A stretch of 20,946 nt of DNA. It comes from an uncultured bacterium (GTDB lineage Bacteria > Lernaellota > Lernaellaia > Lernaellales > Lernaellaceae). The DNA lies in contig CAZHPN010000098.1 of NCBI GenBank assembly GCA_964534375.1, positions 1 to 20,946 on the forward strand. The letters run 5' to 3'. A model generated the notes under the pieces. That model did no database searches and was not told where the DNA came from. It worked only from the letters and a program-made list of their open reading frames with translations. The position numbers were made by a program, and so were the translations under genes. This document shows, one piece after another, positions 1 to 8,904 of this stretch (position 1 is the stretch's first letter; the number at the start of each line of letters is the position of its first letter).

Positions 1-231
1 CAACTCGACCTGCCGGCGCCGGGCGAATTGCGCTTGCGGCTGTTGGCCGACGCGGCGGTCGCCGATCGCGTTTGCCGCGAAGCCCGGGAACGCTTAACTT
101 CCATTTATCGCGGCGGCCGTTGCGAAGTGTTTGTCGCCGACGCGCTCGAACATGAGCTGTCGGGCAAGTTCCGCTTCGCGCGCGCCGCGTATTCGGTGGA
201 TCACCGCGTTTTGTGGGAGCCGGAACGATGA
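1..231 (+). CDS. 3' end of a CDS, possibly phenylacetate-CoA ligase/CapK-like adenylate-forming family (partial)
   Basis: Frame open from base 1 to TGA 229-231, overlapping the next ATG (ATGA). The C-terminal 'LEHELSGKFRF' resembles the SGKFR motif of this family. Confidence 0.5.
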   Translation, partial: QLDLPAPGELRLRLLADAAVADRVCREARERLTSIYRGGRCEVFVADALEHELSGKFRFARAAYSVDHRVLWEPER

Positions 232-929
232 GCGTTGCGCCTCTGCCGATTCACTTGCTGGCCGGCGGCGGCTGGCGCGCCCTGGGCGGGCGCGATCCGC
301 TGCTGGCGCCGATTCTCGCGCAGGCCGGAAAAGAGCGGCCGACCATCGCCTACATCGGCGCGGCCAGCAACGACGACCGCACGTTTTTCTTGTGGTTGTC
401 GCGCTATTTCAAAAAAGGCGGGGCCGGCGACGTGCGTCTGGCCGCGTTGTCGTCGAAGCGCGCCGATCCGGATAAGGCGCGCGCTATCATCGCCAGCGCC
501 GACCTTGTGTTCATCAGCGGCGGCGACGTCGAGGTCGGCATGCAGTGCCTGGAAGCGCGCGAGATAATTCCGCTGCTGAAAAAACTGTACGCCGGGGGCA
601 AGCCGTTCTTCGGGATTTCGGCGGGCAGCATCATGCTCGCGAACGGCTGGGTGCGTTGGAGCGATCCGGATGACGACGCGACCGCCGAGACGTATCCGTG
701 CCTCGGCCTGGCGCCGATCCTGTGCGACACGCACGCGGAAAAAGACGATTGGGAAGAGTTGCAGATGCTGCTGAAGTTGAGCGCGCCGGGGCACGGTTAT
801 GGCATTCCGAGCGGCGGCGCGTTGCGCGTCGACCCCGACGGCGGCGTCGCGGCGCTCGGCAAACCCGTGGCGCGTTTTCAGCGGCGGAAGAGCGACGTCG
901 TGGCGTTGGCGCCGCTGATGCCGGCGTGA
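228..929 (+). CDS. Peptidase S51 family (dipeptidase E/cyanophycinase-like, class I GATase-like fold)
   Basis: Motifs IAYIGAAS, ADLVFISGGD, nucleophile elbow GISAG and DTH. ATG coupled to the upstream stop. Confidence 0.8.
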   Translation: MSVAPLPIHLLAGGGWRALGGRDPLLAPILAQAGKERPTIAYIGAASNDDRTFFLWLSRYFKKGGAGDVRLAALSSKRADPDKARAIIASADLVFISGGDVEVGMQCLEAREIIPLLKKLYAGGKPFFGISAGSIMLANGWVRWSDPDDDATAETYPCLGLAPILCDTHAEKDDWEELQMLLKLSAPGHGYGIPSGGALRVDPDGGVAALGKPVARFQRRKSDVVALAPLMPA

Positions 930-990
930 AATGCGGCGGTCTTTTCTTGGCGCTCTTTGCGTCGTTGCGGTGAACAAAGGAGAAACTTAA

Positions 991-1779
991 ATGTCGAAAG
1001 TCATTGTCATCACCGGGGCCAGTTCGGGCATCGGCGCCGCGCTCGCCAAACTGCTGGGCGGGCAGGGCCATCGTCTCGCGCTCGCGGCGCGCCGCGAAGC
1101 GGAACTCCAGCAGGTCGCCGCGGCGGCCGGCGCGTCGGCCATCGCCGTGCCGACGGACGTGACGCGGCGGGCCGAGGTCGAGGCCTTGCGCGACGCGGCG
1201 TTGCGGCAGTTCGGGCAGATCGACGTCTGGATCAACAACGCCGGCCGCGGCATCACGCGGCGCGTGCTCGATCTGACCGACGCGGACTTCGACGAAATGA
1301 TCGCGGTCAACCTGAAATCGGCGCTCTACGGCATGCAAGCGGTCGTGCCGCATTTTCAGGCGCGCGGCGCCGGCCATCTGATCAATGTTTCGTCGTTTCT
1401 CGGGCGCGTGCCGTTCGCCACGTTCCGGTCGGTGTACAGCGCCTCGAAAGCCGCGCTGAATTCCTTGACGGCCAACCTCCGCGTCGATTTGCGCAGCACG
1501 CACCCCGGCATTCACGTGTCGGTCGTCATGCCCGGCGTCGTTGCTACTGAGTTTGGCGCAAAAGCGCTCGGCGGGCGGTTCCAGCCGCCGCCCGGCTTCA
1601 CCTTGCCGCCCTCGCAAACCGCGGAAGAAGTTGCGGCGGTCATCGCGAACTTGATCGAGCATCCGGTCGCCGAGGTTTACACAAATCCGGCGCAGGCGAA
1701 GGTCGCGCAGCAATATTATCAGGACGTCGGCGCGTTCGAAGAGAACGCCGCCCGCCCGGCGCCGAAGAAGGCGCCGTAG
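991..1779 (+). CDS. Short-chain dehydrogenase/reductase (SDR)
   Basis: TGASSGIG, NNAG and YSASK motifs; AAGGAG RBS upstream. Confidence 0.95.
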   Translation: MSKVIVITGASSGIGAALAKLLGGQGHRLALAARREAELQQVAAAAGASAIAVPTDVTRRAEVEALRDAALRQFGQIDVWINNAGRGITRRVLDLTDADFDEMIAVNLKSALYGMQAVVPHFQARGAGHLINVSSFLGRVPFATFRSVYSASKAALNSLTANLRVDLRSTHPGIHVSVVMPGVVATEFGAKALGGRFQPPPGFTLPPSQTAEEVAAVIANLIEHPVAEVYTNPAQAKVAQQYYQDVGAFEENAARPAPKKAP

Positions 1780-1853
1780 CAAATTTTTGTCTGTGAAATC
1801 TGCGTAATCTGTGGCTTCATGCCGCCCCGCGGGCGGGGCGAATCAGCTTCGCA

Positions 1854-2132
1854 TCAGTGGAAATACACCAGATACGCGATCAGGTAGACGACGAAAAACA
1901 GCAGCGCGGCGAGCATTCCGCCCAGCCCGGTCTTGATCCACGCCTCGTTTTGTTCATTTTCGGCGGCGATCACAGTTTGCTCGGCGTCGGGCGTCGCAAC
2001 CGCGCCCGGTTTCGGGAAGGTCTGGCGCAACACCTGCCACACGGCCGGCTCGACGGTCGGGTTGCCGCACTGGCGGCAGAGCGACTCTTCGTCGGCGGTC
2101 AGGCGGCGGCAAACGGGGCAAACACGGGCCAT
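1854..2132 (-). CDS. Small zinc-ribbon protein with C-terminal transmembrane helix
   Basis: CPVC...CRQCG at the N-terminus, hydrophobic C-terminus, AAAGGA RBS. Confidence 0.65.
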   Translation of the reverse strand: MARVCPVCRRLTADEESLCRQCGNPTVEPAVWQVLRQTFPKPGAVATPDAEQTVIAAENEQNEAWIKTGLGGMLAALLFFVVYLIAYLVYFH

Positions 2133-2314
2133 CGGCGCGGTCCTTTCTTTCGGCGTTCAACATAGCGACTTCGGCGGCAAGGCTCAAGGCGGCGGGCGAA
2201 AACGGAAAAAGGAGCCCGGCGCCAACGGCTGGCCCCGCGCATCGCGCGGCCTTTTTTCATGGACGCCCGCTCCGCTTTTTGCTACAACGCGCCAAGAAAA
2301 CAACGGGAGCCGAC

Positions 2315-3442
2315 ATGGGTTGGATCACCGACGAAGTCCGTTACGACTGCATTTACTACCGCGGTGAAAAACCGTGCGTCTACCGCCTGCATTGCCCGGG
2401 GTGCATCCGTTACCACCCGATGACCTTTCGCACAATCATCTTCAAATTGGGCGCGATGGGCGACGTGCTGCGCACCACGAGCATTTTGCCGAGCCTCGAA
2501 AAACAGTTCCGCCAAAAGCACAACTTCGTTCACGTCACGTGGGTCGTCGATCCGCCGAGCCGACCGCTGCTCGAAGAAAACCCCTGCATTCATCGGCTGT
2601 GGACGCCCGACTTCGAGACGTTGATCCGGATGCACGTCGAGAAATTCGATCTCGCCTTGTGCTTCGACAAAGAGCCGCGCGCGATCGGCCTGATGGGAAT
2701 CTGCCAGGCCGCCGACAAACGCGGCTTCACGATGGGCGCGGAAGGCAACCTGCACCCGGCAACGCCCGCCGCCGAGGAGATGCTCTGGATGGGCCTGTCG
2801 GACTTCTACAAATTCCGGCGCAACCGCAAGAGCTACCAGCAGCTCATTCACGAAATGGCCGGCGTGCCGAGCGCCGGCGAACTTTACGTGCTGCGGTTCA
2901 CCGAGCGTGAAAAAGAGACGGCGGCGCAACGGCTGACCGAACTGGGCGCGACCGCGCGGCCGCTGATCGGGCTCAACACCGGCGCGGGCTCGGTTTTCCC
3001 AGGCAAACGCTGGGCGGCGGCGAAGTTCACCGAGCTCGCCAAACGGCTGCTGGCCAAAACGCCGGCGACGATCGTGCTGCTCGGCGGGCCGGAGGAAGTC
3101 GCGCGCAACGCCGCGATCGTCGCCGAACTCGGCGGCCGGTGCGTCGATCTGGGCACGGATAATCCGTTGCGGCGCTTCGCGGCGATGGTCGCGCGGCTCG
3201 ACCTGCTGGTCTGCGGCGACACGATGGCGCTGCACGTCGGGCTCGCATCGAAGGTGCCGACGGTGGCGCTGTTCGGCCCGACGCCGGCGCACGAGGTCGA
3301 TCTCGGCGGCCGCGGCGAAATCATCGCCCGCGAGCCGTTCGGCCCGGGGATCATGGGCCAGACGGACGAAGCGTCGAGCGTCATTCAGGAGATCGGCGTC
3401 GATGAAGTCGAGGCGGCGTGTCTGCGCGTGTTGGGCAAGTAA
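2315..3442 (+). CDS. Glycosyltransferase family 9 (ADP-heptose:LPS heptosyltransferase-like)
   Basis: KLGAMGDVLRT, GLNTGAG..KRW, LLGGPEE and CGDT..LH..VALFGPT motifs; GGGAG RBS before ATG 2315. Confidence 0.9.
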   Translation: MGWITDEVRYDCIYYRGEKPCVYRLHCPGCIRYHPMTFRTIIFKLGAMGDVLRTTSILPSLEKQFRQKHNFVHVTWVVDPPSRPLLEENPCIHRLWTPDFETLIRMHVEKFDLALCFDKEPRAIGLMGICQAADKRGFTMGAEGNLHPATPAAEEMLWMGLSDFYKFRRNRKSYQQLIHEMAGVPSAGELYVLRFTEREKETAAQRLTELGATARPLIGLNTGAGSVFPGKRWAAAKFTELAKRLLAKTPATIVLLGGPEEVARNAAIVAELGGRCVDLGTDNPLRRFAAMVARLDLLVCGDTMALHVGLASKVPTVALFGPTPAHEVDLGGRGEIIAREPFGPGIMGQTDEASSVIQEIGVDEVEAACLRVLGK

Positions 3443-4192
3443 ATGCGCATTGTTGCAACCCTCCCCACTTTCAATGAAGCCGAAAACATCGAGCCGCTGA
3501 CGCGCGAAATACGGGCGCTGGGCCTCGAAGTGCTGGTTGCCGACGACAACAGCCCCGACGGCACTTGGAAGCTCGTCGAAAAAATGGCGGCGGACGATCC
3601 GGGCGTGCACCTGCTGCTGCGCCGCGAGAAAAAGGGGCGCGGCTACGCCGGCGCCGAGGCGTTCGTCAAAGCGCTCGAACTGGGCGCCGCGCGCATTGTC
3701 GAGATGGACGCCGACTTCTCGCATCAGCCACGTTTTGTTCCCGATCTCTTGCGCGCGCTCGACGCCGGCGCCGACGTGGCCGTCGGCAGCCGCTTTGCGC
3801 CGGGCGGCAAGGACGTCGATCGCCCGTGGCATCGCCAGTGGTTGACGCGCTTCTCGGCGTGGTACGCGCGGCGCGTGCTCGGCTTGACGATTCGCGACGC
3901 CAACAGCGGGTTCCGCGCCTTCACGCGCGAGGCGATGACGCGGATCGATCCGGCCACGCTGATCTCCGCCGGCCCGAGCATCGTCCACGAGGTTTTCGCG
4001 CGCGCCACGGCCCGCGGCTTGCGCATCGCCGAATGCCCGATCGAGTTCGTCGAACGCCAGCGCGGCACGAGCGAACTGACCGTCGGGCGGCTGCTCGACG
4101 GCTTCCTCAAAGTCTGGCGCGTCAGAAAGAGGGAAAAAGGAAAAAGGAAAAAGGAAAAAGTCGAACTGCGAGACGCGCCCCCGACAGATTGA
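3443..4192 (+). CDS. GT2 polyprenol-monophosphomannose synthase-like glycosyltransferase
   Basis: PTFNEAENI, DDNSPDGT, MDADFSHQP, GSRF, SGFRA and PIEFVERQRGTS motifs; abuts the GT9 stop. Confidence 0.9.
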   Translation: MRIVATLPTFNEAENIEPLTREIRALGLEVLVADDNSPDGTWKLVEKMAADDPGVHLLLRREKKGRGYAGAEAFVKALELGAARIVEMDADFSHQPRFVPDLLRALDAGADVAVGSRFAPGGKDVDRPWHRQWLTRFSAWYARRVLGLTIRDANSGFRAFTREAMTRIDPATLISAGPSIVHEVFARATARGLRIAECPIEFVERQRGTSELTVGRLLDGFLKVWRVRKREKGKRKKEKVELRDAPPTD

Positions 4193-4280
4193 TCCATTTC
4201 GGCAAAAGTTGGCGGATTGCGTGCGGCGCAACGGTGTCCGGCCGGGCTGAATTTTTTCCTTTTTCCTTTTTCCTTTTTCC
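4132..4280. repeat. Inverted pair of heptamer arrays (GGAAAAA)4 ... (TTTTTCC)4 with 93-nt spacer
   Basis: Arms read directly at 4132-4159 and 4253-4280. Confidence 0.9.
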
Positions 4281-4327
4281 TTCCCTTGCCTTACAATGCG
4301 CTTCCGTTTAACGGTTGGAGGCAACGC

Positions 4328-5413
4328 ATGACCGCCTACGAACAACTCGCCGCGTTGGCGAACGAGCCGTATCGCAAAGCCGACGACCGGCCGCTGATCG
4401 CCGTCTTCCCCATGTGGTTCCCCTACGAGATTCTCGTGGCCGCCGGCCTGCGGGCCAGCGAATGGTGGGCCGTGCCCAAGCCGACGACGCTGGCCGACGC
4501 GCATTATCCGCCCTTCGTCTGCTCGCTGGTGAAATGCAACTTCGAAGCGCTGCTCGACGGGGCCGCCGCGCCCGACGGCATGGTGTTCCCGAGCGCGACC
4601 TGCGACTCGATTCAGAACAGCGCCGGCTTGTTCCGGCGGCTCTTCCCGACCAAGTTCTCGGCGTATTTCCGCATGTCGCAGAACCCCGAGAGCGCCGGCG
4701 CCGCGACCTTTGTGCGCGACGAAATGACGCGCATCGTCCACCAGGTCCGCGCCTTCTTCCACCAACCCGTGACGGACGCCGACCTGTGCGAGGCGATCGC
4801 CGCGGTCAACGCCTGGCGCCGCGCCGCCCGCCGCTTGCTGGCGAAACTCGGCGAGGGCCGGGTCGCGGCCGCGCCGGTCTACACCGCGCTCAAGGGCGCG
4901 CTGGCCGACATCGGCCGGCCGACCGCGCGGTTGCTCGAGGAATACGCCGGCAGCCTCGCCGTCGCCCCGGCCGCGGGCCGCAAGGTGATGCTGGTCGGCA
5001 TGACGCCGGAGCCGACCGATGCGCTGGCGGTGATGGAAGCCGCCGGCGCCTGCGTGGTGGGCGACGATCTCGGCCTCGGCTGGCGCACCGTCGCCGTCGA
5101 CGCCGGCGAAACCGGCGACCCGCTGGCGGCCCTGACGCAACGCCTGTTGCAATCGCCGCCGTGCAGCAGCCTGCACTTCGCGACCAAGCGCCGCAGCGAC
5201 GCGGTCGTCGCTCGCGCGCGCGCGCTGCACGCTGACGCCGTGGTGTTCACGCGCGTCAAGTTCTGCGATCCGGAAGCGTTCGATTATCCGAACATCAAAA
5301 AGGCGCTCGACCTGGCCGGCTTGCCGAGCCTGTTGCTGGAGCGCGAGTTGACCACCGCCGCCGAAGGCGCCGTCGCGACCCGCGTCGAGGCGTTCGTCGA
5401 GCAACTCGGGTAG
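4328..5413 (+). CDS. 2-hydroxyacyl-CoA dehydratase / benzoyl-CoA reductase subunit C-like (HGD-D family)
   Basis: PYEILVAAG, FVCSLVK, TCDSIQN and KFCDPEAFDYP motifs; C-terminal TRVEAFVE; GGAGG RBS. Confidence 0.85.
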   Translation: MTAYEQLAALANEPYRKADDRPLIAVFPMWFPYEILVAAGLRASEWWAVPKPTTLADAHYPPFVCSLVKCNFEALLDGAAAPDGMVFPSATCDSIQNSAGLFRRLFPTKFSAYFRMSQNPESAGAATFVRDEMTRIVHQVRAFFHQPVTDADLCEAIAAVNAWRRAARRLLAKLGEGRVAAAPVYTALKGALADIGRPTARLLEEYAGSLAVAPAAGRKVMLVGMTPEPTDALAVMEAAGACVVGDDLGLGWRTVAVDAGETGDPLAALTQRLLQSPPCSSLHFATKRRSDAVVARARALHADAVVFTRVKFCDPEAFDYPNIKKALDLAGLPSLLLERELTTAAEGAVATRVEAFVEQLG

Positions 5414-5423
5414 GAGGGATCTC

Positions 5424-6626
5424 ATGGCCCCGAAGATCAAAGCGACCAGCAAAGTCAAAGAGATGATGACGATCTACTACCTGACCGCGAAAAACGCGGC
5501 GTTCAACAACCGGCAGATCGGTTGGATCACGTCGGGCGGCCCGGTGGAACTGCTGCAGGCGTTCGACGTCATCCCGATTTATCCGGAGAACCACGCGGCG
5601 ATGGTCGGCGCGGTGAAGATGGGCGGCCAGCTGGCGGCGGTCGCCGAGGGCATGGGCTACAGCCCGGACTTGTGTTCGTATTTCCGCATCGACGTCGGCG
5701 CGGCGGAGACCAACGGCGGCCCGATCGCCGGCCTGCCGAAGCCGAATTTTTTCGTGTGTGCAAGCAACATCTGCAAGACGGTGGTCAAGTGGTACGAGGT
5801 CCAGGCCGCCAAATTCGACGTGCCGCTGCTGATGATCGACATTCCTTTTGTGGAAGGCGCGATCACCGGCTCGGAAGTGGCGTACGTGGCGCAGCAGTTG
5901 CGCGAGATGGTTCCGGCGCTGGAAAAAATCACGGGCAAGAAGTACGACGAAGCGAAGTTCATGGGCATTCTCGAAAAATCGCGCGACGCGGTGAATCTCT
6001 GGTCGCAGTGCCTCGAGACCTGCCGCCAGTCGCCGGCCCCGATGAGCAGCTTCGACTCGTTCTTCCACATGGCGCCGATCGTCACGTTGCGCGGCGAGCA
6101 GCAGACGCTCGATTATTACCAGGCGCTGCTCGCGGAACTGACCGAACGCGCGGCGCAGAACATCGCCGCCGTCGAGAACGAACGCCACCGCTTGCTGTTC
6201 GACAACATTCCCATGTGGTACGCCGTGCGGCACATGTTCGAGCTGCTCGCGGCGCGCGGCACGGCCGTCGTCACCGCGACGTACACCGCAAGCTGGAGCC
6301 TGGAACGCGACATGACGCAAGGCGATCCGTTCGAAGCGATGGCCTACAACTACCTCGCGCCGTACATCAATCGCGGCTTCGAAACGCGCCTCGAGATCCT
6401 CGAAGGTTTGCTGAAGAAGTACAACTGCGACGGTTTCCTGATGCACTCCGCGCGTTCGTGCAAAGCCTACAGCCTCGGCCAATACGACCTGCGCGACGCC
6501 TTGACCGCGCGCACCGGCAAACCGGGCGTGGTCATCGAAGGCGACATCGCCGACGAACGCATCTGGTCCGAGGGGCAGGTCGACACGCGCCTGGAAGCGT
6601 ACCTCGAAGGGCTCGACCGCGCCTAA
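5424..6626 (+). CDS. 2-hydroxyacyl-CoA dehydratase / benzoyl-CoA reductase subunit B-like (HGD-D family)
   Basis: YPENH, DLCSY, NICKTVVKW and RSCK motifs; C-terminal TRLEAYLE; GGAGG RBS. Confidence 0.88.
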   Translation: MAPKIKATSKVKEMMTIYYLTAKNAAFNNRQIGWITSGGPVELLQAFDVIPIYPENHAAMVGAVKMGGQLAAVAEGMGYSPDLCSYFRIDVGAAETNGGPIAGLPKPNFFVCASNICKTVVKWYEVQAAKFDVPLLMIDIPFVEGAITGSEVAYVAQQLREMVPALEKITGKKYDEAKFMGILEKSRDAVNLWSQCLETCRQSPAPMSSFDSFFHMAPIVTLRGEQQTLDYYQALLAELTERAAQNIAAVENERHRLLFDNIPMWYAVRHMFELLAARGTAVVTATYTASWSLERDMTQGDPFEAMAYNYLAPYINRGFETRLEILEGLLKKYNCDGFLMHSARSCKAYSLGQYDLRDALTARTGKPGVVIEGDIADERIWSEGQVDTRLEAYLEGLDRA

Positions 6627-6712
6627 GCCGGGGAAGAGACCGCGGGCATAGCCGCCGAAATAAGACCGCCCAGACCGCGAAAACGGCCGAATTGAACTCG
6701 TTTTTGGCCGCG

Positions 6713-6968
6713 CAGACCTCTCCCCGGAAATTTTGGCTCCCGCCGAAATTTCCTGCCCCTCCCCGACGCAGGGAGGGGCGCACGGGGCCGCATTGGCAGG
6801 CGGATAGGAAGCAAAGAAAAAAGCCTCGTTTGTTGTTTCACCAAGGCGAAGGCGAACTCGCGGGCGGCGTAGCGCCTCTTCGCACCCCGGGTCCACAAAC
6901 TCGTCCGCTCGCCCCTCCCTGTGCCGGGGAGGGGCGCGGCCACGCCGAGCGTGGCCGGGGGAGAGGTC
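6713..6968. repeat. Palindromic REP/MITE-like element, copy A
   Basis: Terminal IR GACCTCTCCCC/GGGGAGAGGTC, internal hairpins such as GCCCCTCCC..GGGAGGGGC, 130-nt core at 6781-6910; homologous to 8336-8594. Confidence 0.85.
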
Positions 6969-7039
6969 GGCGTGGCAAAGGCAGGGCGGCGAAGCGACCA
7001 GCGCTTATCCGAGCGCCAAGGAAGACCGCCGCCGGCCCG

Positions 7040-7369
7040 CTAGTCGCCGGCGGTGCAGTTGTCGATGCAGTTGGCGAACGCCGCGCAATCGCCGTTTTCC
7101 TTCGCGCCGGTATTGCACGTCGCGACGCAGGCGCTCAATCCGCTGCTGTTGCAACTGCTCGTGCACTGGCTCTGCGTCAACGCGTTGCCGTTGGCGTCGT
7201 TGATCGACAAGCTGCAGCCCTGGTAAAGAATGTCGCAGGCGTCGGAGCAGTTGCTGTTGCCGCCGCCCGAGCTGCTGCTGTGGCTGCTTGAGGCGCAACC
7301 CGCGACGACCAGCCCGGCCGCCGCCGCAAAACAAAGAGACAGAATCGTCAGACCATAGAGTCCGCGCAT
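7040..7369 (-). CDS. Small Cys-rich lipoprotein, paralog 1
   Basis: GGAGG RBS, signal peptide with lipobox VAGC, Ser/Gly linker, 10-Cys domain shared with three neighbours. Confidence 0.85.
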   Translation of the reverse strand: MRGLYGLTILSLCFAAAAGLVVAGCASSSHSSSSGGGNSNCSDACDILYQGCSLSINDANGNALTQSQCTSSCNSSGLSACVATCNTGAKENGDCAAFANCIDNCTAGD

Positions 7370-7448
7370 CGAATACCTCCCATAGTTGTCCGAGCGGCCC
7401 CCAACCCGAACAAAGTTTTCAATGGTTCCCACGTAATTGTAAGAAAGA

Positions 7449-7458
7449 TAATGACGGA
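7449..7458 (-). promoter_or_regulatory. Conserved motif TCCGTCATTA upstream of lipoprotein paralog 1
   Basis: Identical 10-mer about 80 nt upstream of three paralog starts. Confidence 0.6.
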
Positions 7459-7555
7459 AACGGCAAAGAAAACCGTCCGGCCGCGAAAGCAGCGATTAAA
7501 TCCAACATTGACATCCGCCGCCCCAGGCGTTGCGCGCCGGGGGGCGCCCGGCGAT

Positions 7556-7912
7556 TCACAAGCCGCCCGTCAGGCATCCTTCGATGCACGTGGCGAACGC
7601 CGAGCAATTGACATCGGCCTCGAGGCCGGCGCTGCATTGGCCCGCGCAGAAGCTCAAATGGCCGGTGTCGCACCCGCTCGCGCAGTCGTTTTGGGACATC
7701 GGATTGCCGTTTGCGTCCGCGATCGTCAGATTGCAGCCCTCGTACAGGTTCTTGCAGGCGATAGTGCAAAAGCTGGAGGCGCCGCTGGTGTCGGCGCCGG
7801 CGCTCATGTTGTCGCTGCCGCTGTCGTCGCCGGAACCGCAACCCACGGCCAGCGCAATCGCCGCCGCGGCAAAACCCAGCGACAGAATCGCCCATCCGGT
7901 ACGTGTCAGCAT
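7556..7912 (-). CDS. Small Cys-rich lipoprotein, paralog 2
   Basis: AGGAGG RBS, lipobox AVGC, same 10-Cys spacing, DANGN motif. Confidence 0.85.
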   Translation of the reverse strand: MLTRTGWAILSLGFAAAAIALAVGCGSGDDSGSDNMSAGADTSGASSFCTIACKNLYEGCNLTIADANGNPMSQNDCASGCDTGHLSFCAGQCSAGLEADVNCSAFATCIEGCLTGGL

Positions 7913-7993
7913 GGGGTCCCTCCTGGTTTTGTGATCTCCAAAAGGCCAAGCCGAACGCGAGGTCCGGCGACTCTCCCTGAATCGCCGGAATTG

Positions 7994-8003
7994 TAATGAC
8001 GGA
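7994..8003 (-). promoter_or_regulatory. Conserved motif TCCGTCATTA upstream of paralog 2
   Basis: Identical 10-mer; runs into the -10-like hexamer TACAAT on the minus strand. Confidence 0.6.
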
Positions 8004-8188
8004 TAGCGGAAACGCCAGATCAAGTAGTCCGTTGCCCGAACACCCGTTCAATGCGCGACTCGTCGCGCCGACCCCTTCCCGACGCGACACGGCATCAGCT
8101 CTAGAACGAAGAGCTGCGATACTTCAAATGGCGCGCAACTGCGCTCGTTTTTGCTCGCTCAGACCTCTCCCCGCGCCCGTCGCTGCGA

Positions 8189-8293
8189 ACTGTCCACTGT
8201 CCGCTGTTCGCTGCCCACTGCCCACTGTTCGCTGTTCGCTGTTCGCTGCCCACTGTTCACTGTTCGCTGTTCGCTGTTCGCTGTTCGCTGCCC
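8189..8293. repeat. Heptamer tandem array (RCTGYYC)x15
   Basis: 15 contiguous units such as ACTGTCC, GCTGTTC, GCTGCCC and ACTGTTC. Confidence 0.95.
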
Positions 8294-8335
8294 GAGCCTC
8301 TTGCAAAATTGCAGTTCGATAATCGGCGCTCCGAG

Positions 8336-8594
8336 CAGACCTCTCCCCGGACGATCACGCCGCAGGCGTGATCGTCCTGCCCCTCCCCGACGCAGGGAGG
8401 GGCGAGAAGACACCGTGGCGGACCCGCGTTGCGGAGAGATCCTGCACGGCCCGCGAGATCGCCTTCGCCGTGGTGAAACAACACCGGATGCCTTTTCTTC
8501 AACGCCTGTCCGCCTGCCAATGCGGCGCCTGCCTGCCCCTCCCTGTGCCGGGGAGGGGCGCGGCCACGCCGGGCGTGGCCGGGGGAGAGGTCTG
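8336..8594. repeat. Palindromic REP/MITE-like element, copy B (core inverted relative to copy A)
   Basis: Same left and right arms as copy A; core 8405-8534 matches the reverse complement of 6781-6910. Confidence 0.85.
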
Positions 8595-8663
8595 CGCCCG
8601 CCGAGAAAGGATTAGGCAAATACGCTTTTCCGAGCGTCGCCGCTCTTTATCCTAAAGCCTATG

Positions 8664-8713
8664 CTGTGTCGGGGAGGGGCGCGGCCACGCGGGGCGTGGC
8701 CGGGGGAGATGTC
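8664..8713. repeat. Third (solo) right arm of the palindromic element
   Basis: CTGTGTCGGGGAGGGGCGCGGCCACGCGGGGCGTGGCCGGGGGAGATGTC is nearly identical to the right arms of A and B. Confidence 0.85.
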
Positions 8714-8904
8714 GACGCGAGGCGCCGGCTATTGATCTGCCATTCCTGCAAGAGGCTCGAGAGACATTGAGAATCGACAGGGCTGCATCGGGCAATAGTC
8801 CCGCGGCGGCGCCGCCCTGGCGGGGGTCGCTGAAACCGCGGTGGCGGCGCCGCAAATCGGCGCTCCGCGTCCGCGTTTTGCCTGAGCGCCGTTCGCGCCG
8901 CGTT

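Noticed and set aside
2282..5458. 1058-aa minus-strand ORF and other long antisense ORFs (e.g. 11470-13539, 16469-18370, 18390-20525)
   Set aside because: Shadows of well-supported genes on the opposite strand in high-GC DNA; no recognisable motifs.
8124..8655. ORFs with SEQRTAN / CSLFAVR repeats
   Set aside because: Translations of the heptamer array and palindromic element; no RBS or coding signal.
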